Shown in pieces: positions 38,401 to 49,109 of a stretch of DNA of 64,000 nt. Made by a program: the position numbers and the translations under genes. Position 1 is the first letter of the stretch. Each line of letters begins with the position of its first letter. The DNA is from Klebsormidium nitens. Taxonomy: Eukaryota; Plantae; Klebsormidiophyceae. The DNA lies in the NCBI GenBank assembly GCA_000708835.1, contig DF236960.1, positions 338,982-402,981 of the forward strand, in the 5' to 3' direction. The notes beneath the pieces were generated by a model. The model was not told the origin of the DNA, searched no databases, and was given only the letters and a program-made list of their open reading frames with translations.

Positions 38401-41400
38401 CCCGGAAAGGGTTGGGTTGCTGTGGGGGTTTAGGGTGGGTACGGGTGCAGAGCAGGTGTTTTTGTGGGTTAGCCTCTTAGTGTTTAGTGCCGGAGCTTAC
38501 TTTCGCTAAATCGAAGAGACATGGTCAGGACCACTTCGCCGAGAGAAGACAAGGAGACTCGACTCTTCAGCGAAGCCGAGCCGGACCTTGATTTGAACTA
38601 CGGTGATGTCGCCTTAGGAGACATCTTTCGAAGATTTGAAGCGTCACGGTCAATGGAGATGCTATCGATCCAACGGCTGATTATGTGCCCAGTGATCCGG
38701 CTCACCTGGAGGCCCCGATGGGGTGACGTCAGCACCATCTCCCACGTGCCGTTGGGCAGGCTCAGTGTGGTGGTCGTAGTCGCCGATAGGTCAGAGAAGG
38801 TCTGATCCTTTTCGTACCTAGGAAACGCAAGGCAGAGAAGTGTCAGGGACTCTGAAACCCAGCCCAAGCCGAACCAAGCCAAGCCGTTGTAGAAGTTTGG
38901 AAAAAGGGTTATTCAAGTGCCGAGCGACCCTCGTTCGTATACACCATTACGTATTTGGAGAGTTTCCCGACTCCCCTTCTGTAGATTTTGAAGCTCGGGG
39001 TCGAAGAATGTTTCGCCCATCGGCATCTGAAAATTGAAGTTCCTGATAGGGGCCCCAGACACTGCGAGGGAAGAAGTTGTCAGCGGGGGAGAGCACAAGG
39101 GGTAAGTTTGAAGTTGCAAATCTGACTTCGTCACCCGATGAGACGCTGGATCGCTGCTGACCACTTGATCCGGTTCATTGAGTCTCTTTGCAGAAAGCGG
39201 ACTTTGAAGAGGCAAGCCTTTCTTCGGGCAACTTCTGCACTCCATATGGAAAGGAGTCAGTAGTCGGATGGAGTAACCAAGTCCCAATTGACTGTCCTTC
39301 AGTCCGAGTAGTGACTAAGTTTGATCGAGATTGCCGCAAAAGCTCCGGCAACCTGTTGGATCCCTAACAACCGCTTTGATGTCGCAAACGGACATAAGCG
39401 TAAACAATACAATCCCCTGATATTCCGAAATCATCAACAAAATGTGGTTAGAGGCACCAACCAGCACAGGTCGTTGGGGTACGTCTGGCACAGGTTCCAG
39501 CTCGACTCCTGCTGGTTCTGCGCCGTGTCGAATGACGTCTGGAACTCGATGATGACGTCATCCGAGGGCATCGCGCCGCAGTCGGGCGTGCATCCGAACC
39601 GTCCGAAGCCGGGGAACTCGATCGGACGGTCGCAGATGCCGTCCCCGCACACAGGGTCCGCCCATAGGGGGGTCAAGATCGTCTCGTTGAGGTAGGCGTA
39701 GATTTCTTCCACTGAATTCACCTTTGTGGCGGTGTTGCCAGAGGAGTCCTGGGGACAAGACGAGAGCCGTCTGACGGCCAGATTCTTTTTGCGCAAAGGA
39801 TCAATGGCAACCAGCCACGGAATCCACAGGGAGCTGCGCAGCTTCCCCCTTGGGATATGGGGCCAATGATTGGGTGAGAGATTACCTCGGGATCTTTGTG
39901 GACCAATTGGTAGATTGCTTAAACCTTTGTGTTTATAACCAGATCAAAGTCAGGGAACTACTGGTACAGATCTAGATTGATACTGAAGCTGCTAGGAAGA
40001 TACCTGTGAACTGACTCTGAGTAGCCTCTAGAACCCTACGTATCTGATCCTGCCTCAAGGACTACCGTACCGGCAAGGGATTCTCCTTTTATTTACATAT
40101 TTGAGGTGAAAACTAAAATCTGCAACTAGACAAGTTGGGCCCCCAGGGAGAAAAGGAGATATGCAAGAAATATTCGGGAAAAGACGTTAAATTGTTGAAT
40201 ATAGGGTGAGAAAAATCAAAATCCTGATGGCCGGAGAAACAATTGTACAACCCGGGCGGAATAACCTCAAGACGTTGATAGTTGATTCTTTGCGGTTCTT
40301 GGAGGTAGATTCTTCTGGCGGTATGGTATTATGGAAGCCTCAGCAAGTTTCCTCAGAAGCAGGGCCCAAAGACGAATACCGATCGATGTAGTGAACAGTA
40401 ACAGCCAGTGAACAGTAACGGAGACGGGTAGGGTTAGTTAGGGGGTTAGGTTGGGTACGGGTGCGGAGCGGGTGTTTCCTTCGGTTAGGTTTTTTAGTAA
40501 CCCCAAAATGCTTACTGTTCACTGGGCTTGCTGTTCACTAGATTGAGAAATACCAAAGACGAGTCCACCATCGCGCCGTTAGACCAGGGTAATTGAGGAA
40601 GCTTCATTAAACGAGAAACTTAAGAAAGCATCGTTTCTGCACCCTCCAATGAAAAGCTAGAAAACGTGTTGACTCTCCCGCATGAAACCCCGTCAAGGGA
40701 ATGCTAAGCCAGGACAGTGACAGTTTCAGGGGCCTTTCAAATTCTGTAGAGTCGTTAACCCCATGATCCTACAGCCTCTCCAATATGACATGGAAGAATG
40801 ACTCTGAAACGCCTATGCTCATAGTGCTTACGGTCAATACCACGACAAACAGGCCACTTGTTGTTGCAGAGCATTCAAGGACGAGTTGGTCAAGAACCAG
40901 CCAAAATCCGAAAACTTGAAAACCCAGTACTGCAAGACTCGTAAGAGGGTTGAAATTCTTAAGCCCCTGTATCATTGAGACCCACCTCTGGGAGCAGAGC
41001 ATTCAAATTCGACTGGATCTAAAACGTAAGACCCTCCAAAACCGTAAACCTCTAAAAGCCTGGATTTGGGAAGTCGGTTACTCACCTCTGGCAGAAGAGA
41101 ATCAAAGGACGAGTTGACCAGGAACGTGTTATATGTGTCGAGTTGCAGGTAGAGAGTGCTCAGGTAGAGCATGACGAAAATCATGAAGGTCCCGAGATTG
41201 AAGTAGCTCTTCTTCTTGTCAAGCTTGTCCTTGACAAGATCGAATACGTGCGCCACGATGCGCTTGTCGTCGCTGCAGGAAGGGGTTTTACTGATGTCAG
41301 CAGGTGCTATTGACAGCTAGGAGCTGCATGTGGGGAGTTGGTCGCAGAAACAATAAAAGTTGAAGTAGGGTTGGTTCTGCCCACCCTTGCCATTGGAGAA

Positions 41401-43926
41401 TTGAACAGCCAGGACAACAACCCCGGTCTCACTACCCTTTAAGTAGTGGCTGGAATGAGTGACACTCGAAGGGACTAATGCGATCTGAACAGTTGTGAAA
41501 GCACCCAAAGTCTTACAAACCCTCTAACCTACACAGTTAGTACACCTGGATCCGAACCAACTTTCGAGCAATCAAGGTGTCCAGGGCTCCCAAACCCTAC
41601 GTGCGCTTCATCTCCATGCTACAGGTGAAGCCGGCAAAGGCAGCTGATGCCAGACTGGCGCCAGATATCGCCTGCTGAAGTCAGCATTTCTGGCAAAGAA
41701 CCGCTTTTCCGGAACATTCTAAACCCCAAAACCCTAGAAACCCTGTAAGGTGCAAGCCAGAAAGACAAGGCTGTTGGCAAGCTAGGAGGACATCCACAAC
41801 CACATAGTGCGAGCAGAAAACAAGGGTGCAAAATTCCTCTGAAGCATTTCCTGGACCAATTGGGAGGGATTCTTTAGTCGCTGCATACGGCGCATTTGTT
41901 GGAATGTCCAAGAGACTTCCGCACGGCGTCAATAGACCTTGGATTCAAATCCACTTTTAAACCCCTTGCATAGAAGATCAGTTTCTCCAAGCGTGGTAGC
42001 AATAGCACATGTCTGTATCAAATCCTCTGGAAACGCTGCAAGACCTCAAATGAAGTGGGTGAAAGACAACATTGCCACAATACTGCCATGTCTTGGGGAA
42101 AGTAGTCAAATTAAAGTGCTCCTAAAACACAGTCGGAAAAGACAAATTGGCCCTTGAGCCACAGTCAGAGGACTTCAACATCTAAGTTCACTGTGGGAAA
42201 ATGGATGAGTGATAGCATTGAGCTGACTTTTATCTCAAAGTGCCACTTGATTGCAGGAACTTCTACCTCTGCTTTTCCTCATAGGTGTTCTGATTCTGTG
42301 GAAGCTTCCAGAATGGTCGTAATTTACACCGTACGCCCATATTGGTTCTTGCTAAACCCTATCATAATAATCATATAGCGGAACACTCCAGCATCAGGGT
42401 CACTAGGCCTCAGGTAAGCTCCCATACAAAACTCTGTGCACAGTCAAAATAATTACCCCAACAATCCTGTGTTTAGCAGAAGCATGGAGTCGCTTGAGCT
42501 TAAGGCCTAGCCATCTGTCAACAAAGTTGTCTTTATCAGAACCAGACTAGTTGATTTTCTGCCAGTACTTCTTTGATTCCTAGCCCCAGAAAGACTTTTC
42601 AACAACCACCTCGGACACTCAAGGGGCTATCCAAGGGGCACTGGCAAACCGTTTTCAGAAACCTATGAGACTTTCGTATGGAAACCTCCCCACACCTGAT
42701 CCTAAACATTGTTGGGCAGGCAAATAAAACAGGTTATGATAGTCATCAAAAACCATTAGCAGGATGGGAAGATGCTCTATGAGCGCAAGCAAGGCTCAAA
42801 CGCTAGCTTATTCCCCAGCAAGCAGCAGTCTGTTCATGAGAAACTGACCTATGAAGGCAATTCAAGCATATCAAAGTATGCACCACTCAAGAACAACCCC
42901 GTTCAGCAATCCAGATCTTTGGCGTCTGAGCAAAGACCAAAAAGAAATTGCAAGTACGGTGCAGCACAGTAGGCCTTTCATGATGCAAAATCAGGCAGCA
43001 TCGACCACAACGTAAGTTGCAACTGTCAGCAGCTACCTCTGTCTCAACAACCAACTCACTTGACAACCAATACCAAAAAGTCTGTTAAAAAGCAGGAAAG
43101 CCATCTTCTGGAGCTTCAATGAGGAAGGATCACAAGGAAGGCATGACCATCCGAAAGATTTCTGACTGTGAAGCCCTCCACATGTGTTTGATGAACTTTC
43201 TTCATGGTCAGCAGGGTAACCTTTGCTTTTGCTTCCGAAGACTTCAAAGTCAAGCGAGGGCAAAGTGGGGGGGTGTGATTATGACTGCTCAAAAGTTTAA
43301 CAGAATAAGAACCCCTGAGCTCAAAGCAGCAAATTTTCTACTTCTATCAGAAGCCTCAACCAGCGAGCAAACCCAAAGCACACCCTCCAACTTAAGGGCA
43401 GGGGTAAGGCAAAAACCCCCTCATGGTCCGACAATGTCGAGCTACTCTTGCCGCATGATTGACCAAGGGAACTAGAAGATAGCAGCCTCCTTTTGCAGAC
43501 AGAATGACCCTCTTGAGCCCCCATGCCCCCTTCCAGTCCTCGTACCCCCTCCAAACCCCAAAACCCCCTCCAGTCCTCATTCCTCCGTCCATTTTTGTAT
43601 GCCCCCTAACATTCCTGGCACCACATTCAGCGCTGCCGAGGACAAGAAACCCTCGTATGATGAAACCACAATGTCAACATCTGTGAGGAAAGGGGCAAAG
43701 CAGCTCACGCTTCAATGACGTTGGTCCCATCTTCCAGCCCCACCGCTCCGTACTTTCCACCATCACCGTCGGACAGGTCGGACATATCAGAGGTTGTGCG
43801 TCCGGGGCCATATCCGGACCGGTACTGAGGGCCGAGGGCGATGTCAGCTGGCCGTTGCCCTTCCTCTGATAGCTTGCGGGCCAGCGCCGCCTTATTGCGC
43901 TTGTTCAAGATCATCTGGACCGCCAT
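20450..43926 (-). CDS. PKD2: Polycystin-2-like (PKD2/TRPP) cation channel with a large Cys-rich extracellular domain
   Basis: 28 exons traced by hand with consistent phases and no internal stop: 43926-43709, 41272-41086, 39748-39462, 38817-38706, 38319-38197, 37472-37326, 36669-36606, 36193-36063 (GC donor), 35408-35118, 34562-34358, 33375-33223, 32627-32487, 32042-31803, 31104-30972, 30237-30175, 29576-29393, 28908-28767, 28228-28051, 27492-27370, 26597-26403, 25683-25503, 24962-24903, 24214-24074, 23533-23366, 22670-22545, 21703-21560, 21054-20910, 20469-20450 (about 1433 aa). Kozak-like gccgccATGG start. Polycystin-domain motifs RIIGGLFLHQTR and QDGLFIDNATDVITMRLITYNG; S4-S5 RVLKLFDFQPKMGVITRSL; pore helix FRTLQWSMTACFLMILGD; S6 IIMNFLVAIAVDAFAEIK. 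The last exon and a possible small extra exon near 20.8 kb are less certain. Confidence 0.92.
22124..22190. repeat. Head-to-head telomere-like repeat cluster
   Basis: GGTTTTAGGG...GGTTTTAGGATTTTGGG...GGTACCCTAAAACCCTAAAA. Confidence 0.6.
24655..24832. repeat. Intronic minisatellite, about 5 units of ~38 bp
   Basis: Consensus approximately AGTCACACATCTGACGGCTAGGGGCGTCCCAAAAC, repeated with divergence. Confidence 0.75.
26650..26815. repeat. Intronic direct duplication (~65 bp, period ~96 bp)
   Basis: TTGATTGCGCAA...AAAAAGGAGAA.CCTCAAGCTGACGTGACGT.GTGTTAC occurs at ~26653 and ~26748. Confidence 0.8.
30446..30491. repeat. Head-to-head telomere-like (TTTTAGGG-type) hairpin
   Basis: GTTTTGGGTTTCAGG-GTA-CCTGAAACCCTAAAAC is a near-perfect inverted repeat with a 3-nt loop, preceded by TTTTAGGGTT. 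Confidence 0.65.
31050..31562 (-). repeat. Four-unit (~150 bp period) tandem array of a 3' splice site plus exon start
   Basis: The segment CAG/(C)CTGCTGCTTGGCCCAGGTGGTCGGTGAACAGCTG... starts at 31104 (real exon), 31251, 31414 and 31557. Confidence 0.9.
38378..38510. mobile_element. Second copy of the G-rich-core MITE-like family
   Basis: Arms TTTAGCAAAAGTAAGCT (38378-38394) and AGCTTACTTTCGCTAAA (38494-38510) match 16/17 as inverted repeats. Core GGGTACGGGTGCAGAGCAGGT. Confidence 0.65.
40389..40540. mobile_element. Small MITE-like element with inverted arms and a G-rich core
   Basis: TA-GTGAACAGTAACAGCCAGTGAACAGTAA ... TTACTGTTCACTGGGCTTGCTGTTCAC-TA. The core GGGTACGGGTGCGGAGCGGGT is shared with other copies in the window. 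Confidence 0.7.
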
Positions 43927-44900
43927 GGCGGCGGCCAAAGAGGGGCTGAGAGCACGGCGGCCCTGTTTAGAGCACTTTTTAGGAGCTGCTTAAACCCGAA
44001 GGAGATGCAGCTCGCTGGCTAGACCATAATGTCTTTTTAGGCGCTTGAATCTTTCGGAGTCTCCAGACTTGTCCTTGTAGCAGCGTGTTTGTCACATTCT
44101 GTGGACAGCAAAAGAACGAAGCTGCCTTCAAAACCGGAATGTGTGCTATGAAAGCTACAGGCTCAGCAATATAGAATCTAATTTACACCATCCTGAACCT
44201 CGTGGCGTTGAAAGGCAGCAGAACGTCAACCTCTTCTTTCTTGCTCTTCTTCTCAACCTTGGGACAAGCACACAAGCTGCTGCTGACGTCCTCCCGTACA
44301 AAGTACAAACGCATATGCTTCGGTGTGAGTGGCGGCGAAAATGACAGGCGACCTTGATCTTTGTCTCGCACACAATTTCCAGACTGTGAACTGTACAAGG
44401 GGGAGAATTTGGATACAATTACAGATGTTTTTACAAACGGAAGTCGCCACTAAAGCTGGCAAACAGAATTGGGCACCTTTTGAGATCGGCCTGTGGGCCC
44501 TGCTCAGTGCTGCATTCGCTTGCTACCGTACCTGGCGTGCACAATGCACAGCAGCACAGCGTACAAACTTCAATTTTATTTTCCATCATTGCCGTCGCCA
44601 TCCCGTGCATGAGCTGTCGCATTGCAACTTAATTCACCGGGTGATCAAATGTCAGGCATGACGACGCGTGACGAACCTTATACACGCCGCACGGATCCCA
44701 GAAACTCTCTAGGAGTCGTCTTTTGCTCGTAAATTCCAACATGTCACATCCTTGGAATGAGGAACTGTTCAAGTGTTCCTGGAACACTTGAAAGTCCATA
44801 CCTACTTTCACTGGCAGCCCCCGCGCATAATCAGGGACCGTGTCCGTACAAACTGACGTGATCCATAGCCTATGAGGTACTGGTCCCGGTGATGAATGGG

Positions 44901-45363
44901 TTAGGGCCTGGTCGCATGCCGCCAACATCGACAGATTTCGGTAGAAAGTTTGGGTTGACTTTGGCCAGGTGGCACGGTGGTGTCGTAAAGTAAAGTACAG
45001 TTTTCGACGCCGATATTCGATAAATGTTGGCGACGCTTGGAGACCCGGCAAACAAGTAAAATTAAGTTCGGAAGAAAAAAGCTGGAAAAGCCCTGACACC
45101 TACCGAGCAGGAGCAGTCGAGAATCCTGCCCAGGAAAAGTGCTCGGTTCATGACTTTTGGTCACCAACACAATCTGGCAGGCTGACAGGCTAGCCTACCA
45201 GATTCTGTTGGTTTTCGGAACAATGATTGGGCAAAATTTCCGCATCGATGGTACTTTCTGCCGGTGTCCAAGTTTTGGATTGGCATGCGGTCAGGCGGCG
45301 TCTCCAAAACCGACACATTCTATCGAAATCTGTCGATGTTGGCGGCAGGCGACCAGGCCCTTA
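44901..45363. mobile_element. Tourist-like MITE (non-autonomous PIF/Harbinger), 457 bp, TTA target-site duplication
   Basis: TTA (44901-44903), then GGGCCTGGTCGCATGCCGCCAACATCGACAGATTTCGGTAGAA ... TTCTATCGAAATCTGTCGATGTTGGCGGCAGGCGACCAGGCCC, then TTA (45361-45363). The 43-bp inverted termini have 2 mismatches. GGGCC ends with a 3-bp TTA TSD are diagnostic of PIF/Harbinger. Confidence 0.85.
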
Positions 45364-48011
45364 GCCAGTCAGCCGGAGTCGAAGTTTTTGAATCGGGGTC
45401 TGGAGCCGGTCACCGAGCTTCACTGTTTGCCACGATATTGCCAGAGATCGTGGCGCAACCTAATTGATTGCGCCAATTGGGGTTGCGCCGGATTGCGCCA
45501 ATATTCCGCCCAGAGCCCCTATTTCGCCGACCCGGCGCAACTCTCAAAACATTTCGCTTATATGCACATAAGACAGAGGTTTTGAGACCAAAGTTGGTCA
45601 AATCAGATTTCAGAGAGGTCGATGGCGGGACTTTGAGTCGAGAGATTGTCTCGGAGTCCCTGCATATTAGTTGTTAGTGATTATTATAAGGAAAGAGCAG
45701 ACTAGTGCATACGCGGCTAGCTGGAAACCCTTGCATTTCGCCAATTTCGCCGAATTGCGCCAATTAGTGCATTTTCAATTAGGGTTAGTGCATAGCGGGT
45801 TTGCATTTCGCCACGATCTCTGGATCATATTGCAGATAGTTTCTGACCAGTGGATTGCAATGCCGGGCCCCAATTGATCGGGACTAATACAGATTTCGGT
45901 TAACCTTATTGCATGGTTGGCTTGACCACTGCCCAATCATCAATGCCATGGATGATTGCACAGCCGGCCGCCACAGGCTTTCAATGCTGAGTTGCCACGT
46001 GCATAACAACATGAAAATGAAGGTCGAAAATCTGGATCCCGGATACCTAATAAATATCAAGCTGCAGGGAGTCGGGACTCGAGACACGCTAGTCGGGTTA
46101 GCTTCGGGGTTTCAATTTGGTTTGGTGGCTGAGCTGCTGCGAGTGGCCGAGGTGCAGGGAGTGGCTAACATTCAGGGTTCGGAACTATCAGGTTTAGCTT
46201 TGTTAATATTCCCGATGCGTCTAAGTTGCATCTAAGTTGCACCAATTCGGCGAGCCGTACCGTACGGAGTATCGACAAGCCAACCTGGTCCATACTCAAA
46301 GAAGCCTTCAAACCTCGCAGGGCTCGCACCATTTCCGCCGAACCGCGGCCGGCGGCACGCGCTCGTCTGGTGGAGTCGGACCGCTGTGGCCGGCGGCCGC
46401 CGCGCTCGCCGCCCATGCAGAGGACGAAGTATCTTCGCGCCTTCGGATTATCGGATCATCTGTAATAGCTATTGTCTAAGGTTGGCCGGCAGCTTATAAT
46501 GTACGTGCCCGGTTTTTCCGGCTCATTGAATTGAGGACGCGAAGACGTGCTCTCTAGCTCTCGTACCAAAGCTCAAAATACCTAACCTATAATCCGACTC
46601 GATATATTTAATGATACATGTGGATACATCGAGTTGACGTGGCAGCGGAAAATGCAGCATTTTTGTCGTTCGGGATTCTAGGCCTGGTTGGCATCGAAAG
46701 CAAATAATGCGAGGTAATGATCTAATCTGCCCTGGAAGGACTTTCACCGTTCTCGAAGTTGTTTCCTTTCGGAGTAGCATGCTTTTATTGAGGTTATCAC
46801 CCTCTCATACCGCTCGAGGGCCAGGCTCTCACAAAGCACAAAGCGTCCTGACCTCGCAAATGTGAAACTCATGATACTAAGATGAATCTTCCTAATCGAT
46901 CGTGCTACCAACCTTGAATGTGGCACTAGGTATATGAGAGGATTCCAGGGAGTCATCATGTGGGCCGTTAATCTCGCGCTTTCAAATAGCGGCGCGCGAC
47001 AGCCTACTAATCTACTAAGTAATCGAGCAATGCGCTGATATGGAACTTTTTGGTACTTACTATCTCGATATGATTGCGACTGCTAATCTGTATGTACTAT
47101 AATGAGTACCAATGTTACTAGGTGAAATGCATGGGTTACAGATTGCTACGGTCGAGGCAAACGGACTGGCAAACAGAAAGGATAGCATGCAAAGGGCCGC
47201 TAGCTGTTGTCAAGATCTCGCTCCTCTCCAAGCTGGCCGGCCTGAGTATATTGGTACTTTGCTGCATCCTGATGACTCAGCTTGAGAGTTACCTCGTAAT
47301 CTCGACGTGGTCTTTCTTGTATCATAAGCACACCACTAATTGTTGAATATCAACGGCCAAACAAACAGAAGGGCTGCAGTACAGCCTCATGGCGCCACTG
47401 CATTGTTGCACGTTACTCGTTCAACACTACGAGCGTACCACTAGCTGACGTGTTGCAAATTAATCAGGGATATGCAGCGAAGGCTTGTTATTCCAGGGAC
47501 TTAGACCTGCACAGGAGGGGGGCTAGGAGCAATTTGTAAGATCGAAATCTCGCCACTCCCATAAGCAAATTCGACTTGTTTCCAGTGGACACAATCCGAG
47601 GATTCATAACCTTACTGTAAAGTCCCGGTAACGATGGGTCTCCTTGGGAGTCTATTGCTTTATATCATCCACTGAACCGTGACTGAAACAGAAGGCTTAC
47701 AAAAGATTCCTACCTACGAATAGGCACACTCAAGAGATCAGCCTTCAACGACAATTCTGCACAATTTCGGCTTTCGTGGGCCAAAGAAAATACTAACCAC
47801 AAAGGTCTCTCGAATGGCAGCACTCATGAGGCGTTTCCATGACCCAACATTCGTGGTCCTTTGCTCTGGACATCTCACAGTACAAATTGGGGCTCTAGCT
47901 TTCTTTACTCTATGCATGTGATACGCTTTTCCAGGGAACTGACTGGTTATGGCCAGATCCATGGCCGGTCGATCACGAAGCAAGACGAAGAGACTTGCCT
48001 GAGTTGCGTTC

Positions 48012-49109
48012 TCAATCATGGGCTGCTGACGCAAGCAAAATATACCCTCCCGCTCTCGCCACTGCCGCGCCCATAAGCGCGAACGACGCCCATCTCGTAT
48101 ACGTATACGTTGGAGCGACAGCACTTCTCCGCAGAAGTGTCGCTTCAAAGAGCGCTTTCTGGCGCGCGAACTCGTCCTCCACAAAGCTAAGCTGTCTTGG
48201 CTCCGGAGACGCCCGGGTGTTTATCTCCGGGAGATTGCCAGACTCCCGGTGGGCAGGAGCGGGCGCCCGGGGGATGCTACCGGGAGATAGCTTTGCTGGA
48301 AGAGTTGACCGCAAAACGGCAGGGCGTCTTATCTGTGGAGAACTGACTCGGGTAACCCGGAGCTTCGGTTGTACAGGTGCTTGGGGATTGTCTCCGAGGA
48401 CGCTTTCCGTCTTCGCGAGGTAAGGGATAGCGGTCGGTGCAACAACCCCCGGGATGGCAGCCGGCAGCATGGGCTCCTCGGGTTCGCATTCCTCAATCTC
48501 GCAGACGGAACCGGGTGCGGCAGCTGACGTCACGGCGCACCCTGAAGGTGACGCCAGAACGGCCCGGTTCAGGGCGGCTGGGGGGATCCCTCGTGTGGCC
48601 GCATGATTTGCAGCCGGTGAGACTGGCGCTTCCGAGGCTGTTTGGGTTTCGAGAACATCCGGCTCGTTTGTGAAAGTTGCCCCCGGTTCTGCGCTCTGCA
48701 AACCTCCGTTTTGACTGGGGCTCCACACCTCGGATCTGAGGTCCTCCGCTCGATTGAAGGCCCCAAGCGCTAAGCCATGAAACCCAGTCTCTCCTTGAGA
48801 GATCTGGACGTCTCCTGTCCCTTCTCTTTCACCCTTCAGAGATTTGTCCAGGGTTGCGTCACGAGACTCATGTCCCTCGTCTAGGTCCTCGGGAACCAAT
48901 AGCTCGTCCTGTGGGCTAGCACTCAGAAGCGCCCGGTTGCTTCCACCGGGGGCCCCTCCGTTCAGCGACTCCGCTGCCAATTCCTGAATCCGATTAGTCG
49001 CGATCTGCTGGCTGATCATAAGATTCCAACCGGAGTCCAAGACTTCCTCTTGAGAGTCGGTCAAGTAGTCTTGAAGGACAGGTGGCGGACTGTCGAACCA
49101 ATCGGCCAT
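48012..49109 (-). CDS. Hypothetical low-complexity (acidic, Pro/Ala-rich) protein, probably one large exon of a spliced gene
   Basis: Uninterrupted 365-codon ORF with protein-like composition (MADWFDSPPPVLQDYLTDSQEEVLDSGW...). No recognised domain; exon borders unresolved. Confidence 0.55.
   Translation of the reverse strand: MADWFDSPPPVLQDYLTDSQEEVLDSGWNLMISQQIATNRIQELAAESLNGGAPGGSNRALLSASPQDELLVPEDLDEGHESRDATLDKSLKGEREGTGDVQISQGETGFHGLALGAFNRAEDLRSEVWSPSQNGGLQSAEPGATFTNEPDVLETQTASEAPVSPAANHAATRGIPPAALNRAVLASPSGCAVTSAAAPGSVCEIEECEPEEPMLPAAIPGVVAPTAIPYLAKTESVLGDNPQAPVQPKLRVTRVSSPQIRRPAVLRSTLPAKLSPGSIPRAPAPAHRESGNLPEINTRASPEPRQLSFVEDEFARQKALFEATLLRRSAVAPTYTYTRWASFALMGAAVARAGGYILLASAAHD

Noticed and set aside
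42150-42500. Possible recombinase/transposase remnant (GFSKNQYGR) in the first PKD2 intron
   Set aside because: Interrupted by stops, and the resemblance is a few residues only; not supportable without a profile search.
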